A stretch of DNA of 62,864 nt, the filler included. It is 14 parts of 14 records of this genome, joined end to end, with 100 filler letters (N's around TTAATTAATTAA, not from the genome) between each part and the next. Parts side by side here need not be neighbours in the genome. Positions count along the whole stretch, not along the records: positions 25,238 to 28,608 come from SRR7504441_8333; positions 28,709 to 32,729 come from SRR7504441_8343; positions 32,830 to 37,654 come from SRR7504441_8347; 11 more parts are not named here. One strand, 5' to 3'. This document shows positions 25,408 through 36,346 of the stretch, in pieces (position 1 is the first letter of the stretch; each line of letters opens with the position of its first letter). Under the pieces are notes generated by a model that saw only the letters and a list, made by a program, of their open reading frames with translations, made no database searches and was not told the DNA's origin. The position numbers and the translations under genes were made by a program.

Positions 25408-28400
25408 ATGGAACCGCCCGAGGAATCATCCGGCCCGTCGTCCCCCCACCGGGTCCCCGACCCCTCGATCGACCCGGGCGGCTCCGGGATCCACGCCGCC
25501 CGAGCCCTGTCCACCCCACGCGGCTCCCAAGTCACCAACCTGGACGGCGCTGGCCGGCGGGGTCGAACCTCATGTGATCATTCGACCAAGGCTGGCTGGA
25601 GCGCCCCTGCGGCTGACCCGTTGGAGTACGGCCTGATAGATGAGCGCGTTATTGTACAGCTCTCGGCCGCATGCAGCAAGGGGCTGGAAGAGCTCGGCAA
25701 CCAAACCGCCCGGTACGGCCTCGCGTCGGACGGTTGGGCTGACTGGTCGGTTGACCAGCTGGGTGCGGCATTGCTTTGGAGCAGCTGGGTGCCTGATTCA
25801 TCTGCTGGACGTCAGTGGCGCCTGCTGCACTCAGCACTGGCATGACGCTGGAGGACGTCAAAAGGCCTCATGTGTCCTTAGCTCGGGCTGGTTCGAGCAG
25901 CCCGTTGGCCAGTGCAAGTTCACGGGAGGGGCGGTAGCCCCATGGCTGCGAGCCTTGCTGAGACCAGGTGCAGCCTGGCCGGAATAGGCCTGGGACTGCA
26001 CCTCCAAGCGACCAGAGCCAGCACTATGCCTGGCTGAGCGCGCTCGCAGGTCGGTAGCGGCCTAGTTGCCGCTGATTGGGCTTGAAGGCTCTCCGATGGC
26101 CAGTGGCAGTCAGATCTATGCACCGGTCAGCGACATCTTTGGCAACGTGGTAGCGGTCTTGGAGGTGGCACTCCAAGGGCACGGGTGGAGTCACTAGCCC
26201 TGGACAGATCACCGACCGGCAGTCCGACCCAAACGACCGGCGTACGCTACAAGCAGTCTGCCTTCTCCTGTGCCCGTTCTTCAGCATGGCCGTGCTCCAG
26301 TGACCAGCTAGTGTCTTCACTGTGCTGAGATTTAGTCAGGGAGGAGCTCAAGAGTGCCCCGGCGCTGCTAGCCCGGCTGCAGTCAATCATGCTTTTGCCA
26401 CAACAGATCTGCACCCGGGGTCGAGAGCTCAAGGTGAAGCCTGGCAGCTGTGCAGGGGTTGAGCGAGTGGGCAGGACGTGCTGGCGGACCTGGACTACAA
26501 GCTATCCCAACTGTCCGAATACAACTGCACTGTTCACGTCACATGCCCCAGGATCCAGGTGCCCTCCAGCGAGTTCCTTGCTTAGCACGGGCAGGATGGC
26601 AGCCTCAGCCTGCCAACCGGCGTGGTGGCGCACGTGGCCGAGTCTGGCCAGCCGTTCTATCACACGTTTGACACAGTACAGGCAGCCTCGGCTGCTCAGG
26701 TGTGTGGCATAGCTACATAGCTACAATATAGGGACAGCATCTGGGTCTGAACACCAGCCTTGAATCACAAGGTCGGTTTGTTGTTCTGATGCCAATCCAG
26801 ACCAATGCGTGGCTGGAGAAGAGCAGTCCAGATGAGCAGTTAGCTGCAGCCGCCAAGACAATCGCTGTGCTCCAAGTGCCTTGCACGTGCGTGGTGCAGA
26901 CTGAATGTTGCTCAGGTGAATAAGGACTCGGGCTTTGACGACACGGACACTTCGCTGTTCATGACCATGGCTTACCCAGTGTTGACGCTGCTCGAAGTAT
27001 TCTGGGCCTATTCAACCCAGGTGCAACTCTCAGATCTACTTAAAGACTTCGCCTCCTTCCACTCGCCTCCTGAAAAGATGCAGAAGGCCATTGAGTCCCT
27101 GCATAAGCTCACTGCTGCTCAGACTGTTTCTCTATACTCCTGGAAGCGGTTTGGTAGTACGCGCGCCCCACGGCTGGTTGCAACCACACAGCCAACAGAG
27201 TCGGACGGACTGACAAGTTCAAATGATACCAGATCACAGCCGGACGAACTCTCCGCATCGCCAGGGTCACTGCAGCTCAGCCCTCAGTATAGGGCCAGCA
27301 ACAGCGTGTTCAACCTGATGGATCTGAACGGCGATGGAATGATCGACCGAGACGAGTTTTTCGCAGCAGTTCAGGCAGACATCATTCGAGACCCCGAAAC
27401 CTCCACGCACAAAGGCCTGATACGCCATGCTGCTGAGACTGGGTTGATGCTGACTGTTGGAGATGCCACAAAGCATGAAGAATACAACAGTGAGACAGAT
27501 ATACCTGCGGGTTCTGCTGTAGTAGTCCCTCTATCTAGCCAGACCAACCACGAAGTTGGCGCTGCTGAGGATACTGGAGAGGTCCATGTGTTGGAATTGA
27601 CCAGTCCTGGTTGCAATGCTTTCGATGAAGAGGACGCCAGGCTTGCCCAAACTGTTGCGACGCTGCTCTGTGCCACTGTCAACCAAACCAATAATCTGGC
27701 TGTAGGGTCTGAGAATCACCCAGAGTCATCACAGATGGCTTCAGCATCCGCTATGTGTGAGAACCAATGCACCATGATTTTGAACATGATGAAGAATCTG
27801 TACCAGATTGAGACGATCAGGCAAGATGCGCTTCCGTTCCTCACCTCAATTGTAAAGCAGGCACTGCGAGTGCTTGCGCCATCTGTCACTTCTTTAGCCA
27901 TCTTTTTGTTTGACAAGGAGAGGAAGCAGTTGTACTGCAGCCAGACCCTCTGTGGTGAGGAGGAGCCACGAGGATCAGTATCGACCCATCGATCAGGCTC
28001 AGTGGAAAAGACTCCATCAGTCGATCATGAGTCTGACTGCTCGACAGCCATTACATCCGGCACATGTGGGTTTGGGGCCAGTCCCAGTGTGATCAGGTAG
28101 CTATGCAGCGTATGCAAGCACTGTGTGAGGGGTGCTCTCTTTGGCAGGTGTCCAGTGGACTGTGGTATTGTGGGCTATGCCACTAAGCACGCTGAGGTGG
28201 TGAAAATCGAGGGTAGCGCCTATCAGAGTGCGCATTACAGTCGAGATGTGGACCTGCAGCCAGAAGACGGCCATGCAGATCAACTGTTGTGCATACCTAT
28301 CATCACCAGCGAGAGATCTGTGCTCGGTGCACTCCAAATGATAACCAAAGAAGGATCAAGGGCTGTCACCCAGACAGCAGTTGACAGCATCGAAGCACTA

Positions 28401-28608
28401 TGTTTAAATGTTGGCGTGGCCATAGAGAACACACTGACCTATCGATGTGCTATACAAGCAAGACAGAGGAGCTTGCGTGCCAAAACGGTATCAGAGGCAT
28501 TGGTGGAAATCTCAACGGCGCTGTCCTCAGAGATGGAAAAGGGTGCCGAGACTGGTCTGCGATCTCTGGTAGTGCGGGTCATGGAGAAGTTACATGGGCT
28601 TCTCCCAG
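25408..28608 (+). CDS. Multi-GAF signalling protein with one EF-hand, 3'-truncated (PDE/cyclase-type N-terminus)
   Basis: GAF motifs GIVGYATKHAEVVKI..YSRDVD..LLCIPI..VLGALQMI..GVAIEN and NAFDEEDARL. EF-hand DLNGDGMIDRDEF. The 5' exons are uncertain. Confidence 0.8.
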
Positions 28609-28708
28609 NNNNNNNNNNNNNNNNNNNNNNNNNNNNNNNNNNNNNNNNNNNNTTAATTAATTAANNNNNNNNNNNNNNNNNNNNNNNNNNNNNNNNNNNN
28701 NNNNNNNN

Positions 28709-30227
28709 TGACGAGAGAGCCACACACACCAGCCGTGTGGTGGCGCGCTGCGCCGAATGATGAGTCACGAATAAAAACAAAAAATAAATAAAAATAGGGG
28801 CCGGCCAAAGAGGCGCTGTGGCGGTGGCAGGCGGTGCGCCTGGTGGGCCGACCGTTGGCGGCGGCCGGACGACCCTCCGAGCTGGGCTCCAGAGCTATTA
28901 ATAGATCCAACGGACACCGATCCACTCTACAACGGTCGTCTGTCTGTTGGCCGGAATGCAGCCGTTTGTGCTGCCGGAGATCGGCGCGGGCCCTCGGGTG
29001 CTCCCAGCACGCTCCAACGGACATCTCACAACGGGGGGCAGATGGCGGTTGCTGGCTTTGATCGTGCCCGGGAGGTTGGCGGCGGTTGGGACTTAACAGT
29101 GTGACAGTGTGACAGGCCGAGCAATGGGACAACGAGAGGGACGTGCTGCTAGGGATTCCAAGGTGCAGCCCAACGGCATTGCCGTTGACCGCGGGGGTGC
29201 AACGGACAGACGGCGCCGCCGGCCGATGCAGCGAGCCCCCATGCCGCAGCACCACCTTGGTCATCACATCTCGCCGGTGCCGCGAGGGCCCCCCGACAGT
29301 GTGGGGAAGGGGGTGGGGTAGGTGCAGCTTCGGCGGCTGCAGGAGATTCAGAGGGAAAATCAGCACATTGTTGGCCGAATACAGTCGATTAAACGCGGCC
29401 GGGGGTGGGTGCCTTAGAGTATAGGCTAGAGCTAACCGGATCTTGCCACCGCGATTTGGTGGCTAAATATAGCATTCCGGTCGTTTTTGAACTGCCAAGG
29501 GACCTAACCCAAGCTCAGACGGCCATTGTGAGCCGAGCGGGTTGCCAGATTGTCCCGAGATATTGTGGGTGAAACGCGGACAATCCGATCCATGATCAAC
29601 TGGCACACCCATGATCACAACTCGAACGCTATCGCTGCTAGTGTTAATCAACAAGTTAATTAGCAACGGACCTGGTTCTCCCTGTGGATCTGGTGCAACC
29701 TAAACCGCCGTCTCACAGCGCCATTACTACCAGTAGAGCTACTACTAATACACAAGTCTAATACTATACATACAAGTACTTAATATAGCATCAATCTGCC
29801 ACAGGAGCACACCTGAACTCTCGTGCCCTCCTACGGTTCTCTCTATGATTCCGCCGCCCGAGCTGTATCGAGTCCACTTCCCCCCGAACTTTATGTACGT
29901 GCCTGCCTCCAACAGTCAGTTAACCTACAACGGACGTATTAAGGCCTTAATTAATATTAAGGCCTTAATACTGTGTCGTACACTGCAACGGGGCTTCAAA
30001 TGAAGCTTTGATTGAGTGTCGGTTGGCAGGATGATCCGAGGGATTTGTTTAACGATTTGGACATTAGCCTGCCGGACGATAAGAGCGGAGCCGAGTTGAT
30101 CCAGCAACAGCTCGGGCAGGCGGATCCGGCGAGGCTTGAAGAGTATGCCAGTCGGTTGCCTGCTATACACGCTCGCGAGGATGGTATTGTAAGACCGGCC
30201 CGTCGCATCTACCCAACCATACCCTGA
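28709..30227 (+). CDS. Multi-exon gene containing a CFAP97/KIAA1430-like motif, 5' end unresolved
   Basis: Exon at about 29322-29404 reads VQLRRLQEIQRENQHIVGRIQSIK, flanked by GT..AG short introns. Last exon ends ..RIYPTIP* at 30227. Confidence 0.55.
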
Positions 30228-30493
30228 CAGTGCTCATTCAATTTGTTATCAAATATAAATCAGCTTGCTGTGTTGCTGTGAATCAAATAGTTCCAGTGTA
30301 ACCCCACCCGATTCGATCCTCTGGACCGTACTACAAGTACAATACCGCTCTAGTGTACACTGGGGTACGATAAAATTTATTCCCCAATCCCTCCGACCGT
30401 TACGCAATAACCGTCATGTGTTTACAATGCGCTCTAAACGTGCTCTATAATGCCTCGCTGCGGGGCCAGGCGATGCCCTCCTCGATCAATCGA

Positions 30494-32291
30494 TCAGTCC
30501 GCGCTAATCAGAGTCGCTAGCCCAGACCTGTGCCCCATTCCCAACGGCATTAACACCCTAACTGCACCGACTGAGCGGCCCATCGCTCGGCGGCGGCAGC
30601 TTCTGCGCTGCTCATCTGGTCCTGGAGGTTCGCCTTCCGCCACACACTCAGCATGCAAGGTGCCACGAAGCGGTTTTAGCGATAGAATCAATTAGTGCTA
30701 AGCGTCACCTGTCTGTGGTCGGCGCTTGGTTGAGGCTGCATACAGTGCGCTGCAACACCGACCGTCAACTGAATTTAGGCCGAATCAAGCATCACTCACG
30801 CCACTCCTGTGGCACGTTGTAAGGCTGGCCCCACGCCTGAAGAAAAGCGGTTAAAATGCCGTTACAAATGCCGTTAGGATCGCCTGCTGCACCCAGTGGG
30901 CATCAAGCTGCTCGACATTGCACTCTTCCATCACCTGCGTTCGAATTTCAAATTCAAATTCGAGTTCAATTAACCGTCCGGCTTGGCCGCACCCATGCCT
31001 GGCCCTCTGACAGGCTATTCTGAAACCTGCACCGATCGGTGAGGATTCTACCGGCTCGATTCAAATTCAAACTTTGAGGCGGGCACTCGCTGGAATAGCT
31101 GCGGTCGCGGCATGTTGGTACCCAGGTACTGGACTGGGCCTGTTAACAGACTTTCCCGATTAGGAAGAGTGTGTTACACCTGCGGTCGAAGGGTAGCCTG
31201 GCGCGTACGGCTGCTGAGCGGTCGCTGCATGTTGAGGGTTGGCCGCCAGCTGGCGTTGGGCGGCCTGGTGCTGGAGCACTTGCTGGTGCACCGCCTGATG
31301 ATCTTATTCAATCATAAATCTGGATTAATTAAATCGCTCTCAACCTGCTGGTGCCGGAGCGTTTCTTGTTGGATGGCCTGTTGCTGAAGCGCCTGCCTCC
31401 GAATTAAAACAATTAAAGAGTGTTAAGAGCACCTGCTGCTGCATCTGCTGCATCTGGCCCGGCGGCCCGAAATGCTGCGGTGACTTAATCATGACAACAG
31501 TTACTCTTAACACTAATTCACTCTTAACAACCCTCTGACCTGCATCTGTGACCACTGTCGGTGCACGTCGGCCTGGCCGTTTCCGTCAACAATTAAACAG
31601 TCAGATTAATCCCGCCTGGTGCCATCGCACAGCCGCCTCCTGGTAGGTCGGCTGCCGTTGGGTGAGTTAACAATTAAACAGTAATAATTTGCACCGGTGG
31701 TCGTCGTTGCTGCACTGTGGGGTAGGACCCTCGTGGGGGTATCGGCAGCTTGTCCTGACCCGAGTACACCTGTAACGGCATTTCAACGGCATTCCAACGG
31801 CATTTTAACGACCTCGAAGTTGCTGCCCGAGCACAGGAAGTTGCCGACGGTGTGCTGGGCCACCTAACGGACATAATAATAATAATAATAATAAAGCGCG
31901 CACCATCAGCTTCTGCCGGTGGGCCCAGCTCCAGATGGCCACCTGCCCTCCGCTCTGCCTGAATCCCAACAGGCACCCACCTGCCGTTGCCCCGACGCGG
32001 GGGGCCCCACTGCCGGCTCCGGCCCGGCCGGCTCGTCGCGCGGCGGCGGCTTGGACGGGAATGCCGTTGGCTCGCTGGCCGGGCCGCCGGGGGGCGACGG
32101 CAGCTGTTCCCAGTCCTGGGCCGCGGGCTCTGCCGTTACAGTTGCCGTTGCCGTTGCCGTTGCGGGCCGTACCGTCGGGCCGTGCCGGAGAGACCAGCGG
32201 TGACACCTGTGTTGCCCGCCGGTGAGCGGGAGTTTAACGGAATTTAACGGACCAGATCGACCACGTCGGCCGCGGGCTGCTCCCGGTCCAT
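30494..32291 (-). CDS. Intron-dense gene (about 17 introns) for a P/Q-rich protein with a BRK-like module
   Basis: Frame-consistent splicing from ATG 32291 gives MDREQPAADVVDLVSP...QRQVAIWSWAHRQKLMVAQHTVGNFLCSGSNFEVYSGQDKLP...QMQQMQQQALQQQAIQQ. One junction near 30975-31047 and the exact stop are unresolved. Confidence 0.7.
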
Positions 32292-32434
32292 CACACCGAC
32301 CGTCCCCTGCGCCCGCCGCTCCCACCATCCCGCCACGGCCACAGCACCTGCCCACCGCCATCGACACAATCTGGGCAGCCAAAATTCCGTTGGAAGAGTT
32401 CATCGACGACGCGATCTCTCTGACGACACGCGCG

Positions 32435-32729
32435 ATGGTCAAGGTGCCTCCTCCAGCCCCGGAGAGCTCCCGCCAGCCCCCCCGGGACCCCCGGCCGCGC
32501 GGTCCGTTACCGTTACCGTTGACCGGCCGTTGGCAGTTTACGGTGCGCTCGCCGCCATTCTGGAACAAAGTTCGGACCTGGTGCCCCCCACACCGGAGGG
32601 GGGGTTCCGTTGATTGCCGTTGGACAGGGACCTGGAGATGGACCCGGAGGCCACGGTCGCCGAGATGTGGGCCAAGGTCCGTTGCTCGCCCAACGGCATT
32701 CGCCTGTAGTGTGTGGGGGGGGGGGGGGG
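32435..32729 (+). CDS. 5' exons of a gene starting with a ubiquitin-like domain, 3'-truncated
   Basis: MVK|FTVRSPPFWNKVRTW|DLEMDPEATVAEMWAK| after removing GT-AG introns. The pattern fits a UBL beta-beta-alpha start. Confidence 0.6.
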
Positions 32730-32909
32730 NNNNNNNNNNNNNNNNNNNNNNNNNNNNNNNNNNNNNNNNNNNNTTAATTAATTAANNNNNNNNNNNNNNN
32801 NNNNNNNNNNNNNNNNNNNNNNNNNNNNNGTAGGCTCTCTCAATGCCCGCCTTGCGACCAAATAATATTTAAGTGCCGTTCGGACTTATTCTCCTCAACA
32901 AAAGAGAAA

Positions 32910-34309
32910 ATGGCCACCAAGCTGCTCGCCGTTTGCCTGGCGCTGGCGGCCATGGCGGCAAGCAAGGAGGTGCATGAGCTTGGGGAGAACCGCGCGGGGC
33001 CTTACAACGAAGGCCCGTGGCCGACCCAGATGCACAACGCAGGCGTGACCCAGTGGCACTCGCATGGCTCGGCCAAGGACGTGGACATGGACACCTGGGG
33101 CCGGTTCGGGAGCTCATCAGCGCCGGGCATGCCCGGGCCGCCTTACGTGCCCGCCCGTGCCCGGTCCGGGGCTGAGTGCCGGGGTCAGGGCAAGCCGGGT
33201 TACAAGGAGAGCCACAATTGGGTCTCGGACGTGGACTTGTTCTCGCCCGTCGTGTTCAACACGTGATCGCCCCGGGCTGGCCGGCCGGGCGAGCCTGGGC
33301 AGGGACTTCTACGCGGCCGAGTACGACATTCAGGGGCAGACCAGCTCGGAGCTTCGTCAGGACTGGCTAACAACGGGACTGGCGGATAGCCTTACGGCGC
33401 CCAACTGCAGGTGCTTGCCGATATGGTCGGGCCGGGCCGACGGTTGGGCAGGCGAGGGACCATCGACTTCTCGCTCAACAAGTACTACGCGGCCAACGAG
33501 GGTGATCTGAAGCGGGTCACCGACGACGGCAAATGCAAGAAGATCTTGGTGGGTTGCCAGCAAAAGAGCAGACTCACGCTTGGGTGCAGGAGCAATATCT
33601 CAAGTCGGGGATCTTCGCCGGTGACAACAACGGGGCCACCAGCGTCAACATCCGGAACTCCAAGGGCGAGGACACGTTCCGTATCAAGGCACAAGAGACG
33701 GCCGATTTGGGTGGTACTACGCTCCAGTATCAAAAGACTTACACGCTGAGCTTTTGGATCAAGGCCGGAAATATCATGCCGGTGGAAACCAACATCATGC
33801 AGTTCGGGAAAGCAACACCCACCCTTCCAGCGCGCAGCCCGGCTGTTATGTTTGAATCGAGCAGCACCAACATCAGATTCTATATCGCGCAGAGTGGCAG
33901 CTCGGACTTCCACTGCTCTCTCAGGAGCCCGATCGGTGCAAACAGCGATGGCGCCCTCGAGCTGGACAATTGGTACCAGGTCACCCTGGTGGTTGGCCAG
34001 ACTGACGCTGATGTGAACCTTCGGGGTAAAGTTTACCTGAACGGTGTGGAGAAATCTACCTGCTCCAATGCAGGGGGAGACGACGACACTGGGTTCACGC
34101 TGCCTCCTCCAGTGAACGCAGGGACGTTGTCGGTGGATGTCGCCATGTCCGGGGGTGGCACGTCTTCCGATTCTGAAATTGTGTCGGCCCAAGTCACAGG
34201 ATCCCAGCTGCAGCATGTGAAGTTTTATGCGGACTACCGCATGCCTGCTGCGGTGGTCCAGACCATGTACAAGATCGAGTCCAGCGCAGTGAATATGGAT
34301 GATAAGTAG
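32910..34309 (+). CDS. Secreted protein with C-terminal LamG/concanavalin-A-like domain, 4 introns
   Basis: Signal peptide MATKLLAVCLALAAMAA. YTLSFWIK..LELDNWYQVTLVV..KVYLNG is a LamG-type pattern. Confidence 0.8.
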
Positions 34310-34518
34310 AAATGATCTCAAGGATGACAATTTGGCTCGTGCATCACATCACCGATTGTCAGCGTGCAATGCAAGGTCAACTATACTCGTATGAGACTTA
34401 GATAGAGAATTGACCGATACGTCAAGTGTTAGTAAAACATCGAATGAAGCTTGACTCAAAAGAGTAGTTAACTACGCGATTCGACGGATTGATGTTTTAC
34501 ATATAACAGTTATCCGCT

Positions 34519-36182
34519 CTAGTCGTCTCGGCTCACGTCTGGTATGCCCCGGTCCACTTGTGTGTACATGAGATCCAATTGTGTACGAAGTCGCGCCACC
34601 TACAGCCCGCTCGCCCCCCCGACGAAGGCTCGGTAGACACCTCGCTTTTCTGCAGTTCGGCTTGCATTATGGCTTGGTGCGCCTGTTGCTGCCATTGTTG
34701 CTGGTCCGTCCTGTCCGTCTTGCCCTGCTGCTCCGGTACGTCCATTGTGCTAAATTCCTGCAACTTGTCGTTCGATTGCTGCAGCAGCGATGACAAGCCT
34801 CGCACCTGATCCAGCTCAACTCAGTCAGATGACCGACCCACCTGGGCCAGTGCGAAACCTAGCTGCTCCCTTAGCACCGCCACCTCGCCTTCCTCCGGGC
34901 TGGCTGTCACAGCAGCCCCGGCCGACTTGCCCTGCGTCTGCAGCTCAATCATCGCGTCCGCATACGCCTGGATTGCGGCCGCAGCCACTCTGCGCACTTC
35001 CAGCCCGCGAGCAGCTTGCAGTCGACTGGCCATCTCAGTGGGTTTGCCATGAACCCTCACCAGCTGCTGAGCAGCTTGAGCCACAGCCCGCGGTGATGAA
35101 ACACGTGCCTCCTGGCGAGCCGTCGAGGCGGCCGAGGACGACACGCGTGAACTGGACGGCGCAGCGGCGCTTTGTGCAGCACGAGGCGTGCCGGTAGAGC
35201 TCCATCTCTGCTGGAGTAGGGCATCGACAGCAGCGATCTGGTGCTTGGTGACGGTATTGTGACTCAAGTCCACCTTCTGTATCACTGCGTTGGTCTCTAT
35301 CACCTCGAGCATGGTCGCGCCGGTCCTGTAGGCGCATCCATTGTTGGCAAGAGACACCTCGAGCACTGTGCAGTTGCCACGCAGCGCATTGGCAATCTCC
35401 ACCCCACCTGTCCTACCTGTCGGCCACCGGGCCATGCCCAGCCGGCCACCGCGATCAGAGAGCCGGTTGTTATGTAGCAGCAGTGCCTGCAGCGGGATTC
35501 CACTCTGCAGGGCCTCAGAGATGGCAGAAGCTGATCTGATCCCGAGAGCGTTGTGCGATAAGTCAAGATGAAGCTGCCAGCCCATCCAGCCAACACCCGG
35601 CGCGATAACCCACCAGCGTGCGATGCTGGTTCAGACCCCTCCCGATCGCCGCCCCGGCTGGGTCGGCCAGCTTGCACGCATCTGGCCGCCGCGCTGGCTA
35701 AGCCGGCTGGGCGGCACACTGAGTATCAGGCTTGTGATGCCCAGCCGCGGGAGCGCTTTCCCGATTGCTTCGCCCCCCTCGTCTTCCAGTGTATTGTGAC
35801 TGAGGTCGAGTACTTGTACCACCTGCCGAGCCAGTTGGCCCCGCGGGGGGGCGGCTGCCGCCTGAGAACAGATGAGTCCGCCCATCAGCGGCTCGATATC
35901 CCGGGCGGCCACGTGCGCCGCCTCGAGAGAGAGCTGCTCCGGCTGGGGCTGCTGCTCGGTCTGGCGAACCACTGCCGGCACTGGGGCAAGCCGAAGCTCG
36001 GCGCATCGCCGCAGGTAGGCCGCACGGAAAGTCTGCTCCGGCAGCTGAAGCTGGGAGGGCACCAGCGCCTCGTCGTCGTCGATCACAGATGGAAGCCGCA
36101 GCTTGATGGTGGGGCAGCTCGGGCTCACCTCCGTTGATGGGGCGTTGCTGCTCAACTCAAGCAGCGCTGAGCCGAGCTCCAT
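34519..36182 (-). CDS. RNI-like LRR protein with C-terminal coiled coil
   Basis: Repeats LDLSHNTLEDEGGEAIGKAL, LDLSHNALG, LLLHNNRLSDRGG, VSLANNGC and VDLSHNTV. Confidence 0.85.
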
Positions 36183-36254
36183 GCTGTGTACCGAGTATGG
36201 ACAGCTGCACGTTCAAAGTTCAAAGTAAATCTAGGAATTCCTAGACTACAGGCA

Positions 36255-36309
36255 TCGCACAGTACAGGTAGTTAATATGAGTCGCACAGTACAGGTAGTT
36301 AATATGAGT
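36255..36309. repeat. Perfect 27-bp tandem duplication in intergenic DNA
   Basis: TCGCACAGTACAGGTAGTTAATATGAG occurs twice in tandem. Confidence 0.95.
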
Positions 36310-36346
36310 GCCGATCGCGATCATCACAACCAAATTTGTAAGCGTA

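Noticed and set aside
31770-32172. Short periodic repeats as a CRISPR-like array
   Set aside because: Units are 6-11 nt with no unique spacers, there are no cas genes, and they lie inside spliceosomal introns of a eukaryotic gene.
28709-32729. First read as a decayed retrotransposon (CYTCGRR zinc-knuckle-like peptide at about 31170, no long ORFs)
   Set aside because: No RT, integrase or transposase motifs. The CYTC peptide is antisense to an exon/intron junction, and the region resolves into three frame-consistent spliced genes.
28709-32729. RIP-like or TpCpG deamination as the sole source of TTAA and CCGTT words
   Set aside because: TCG/CGA trinucleotides remain common in the contig, and the words occur as tandem and shared 10-14-mers. 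Point deamination alone does not explain them, though a contribution is not excluded.
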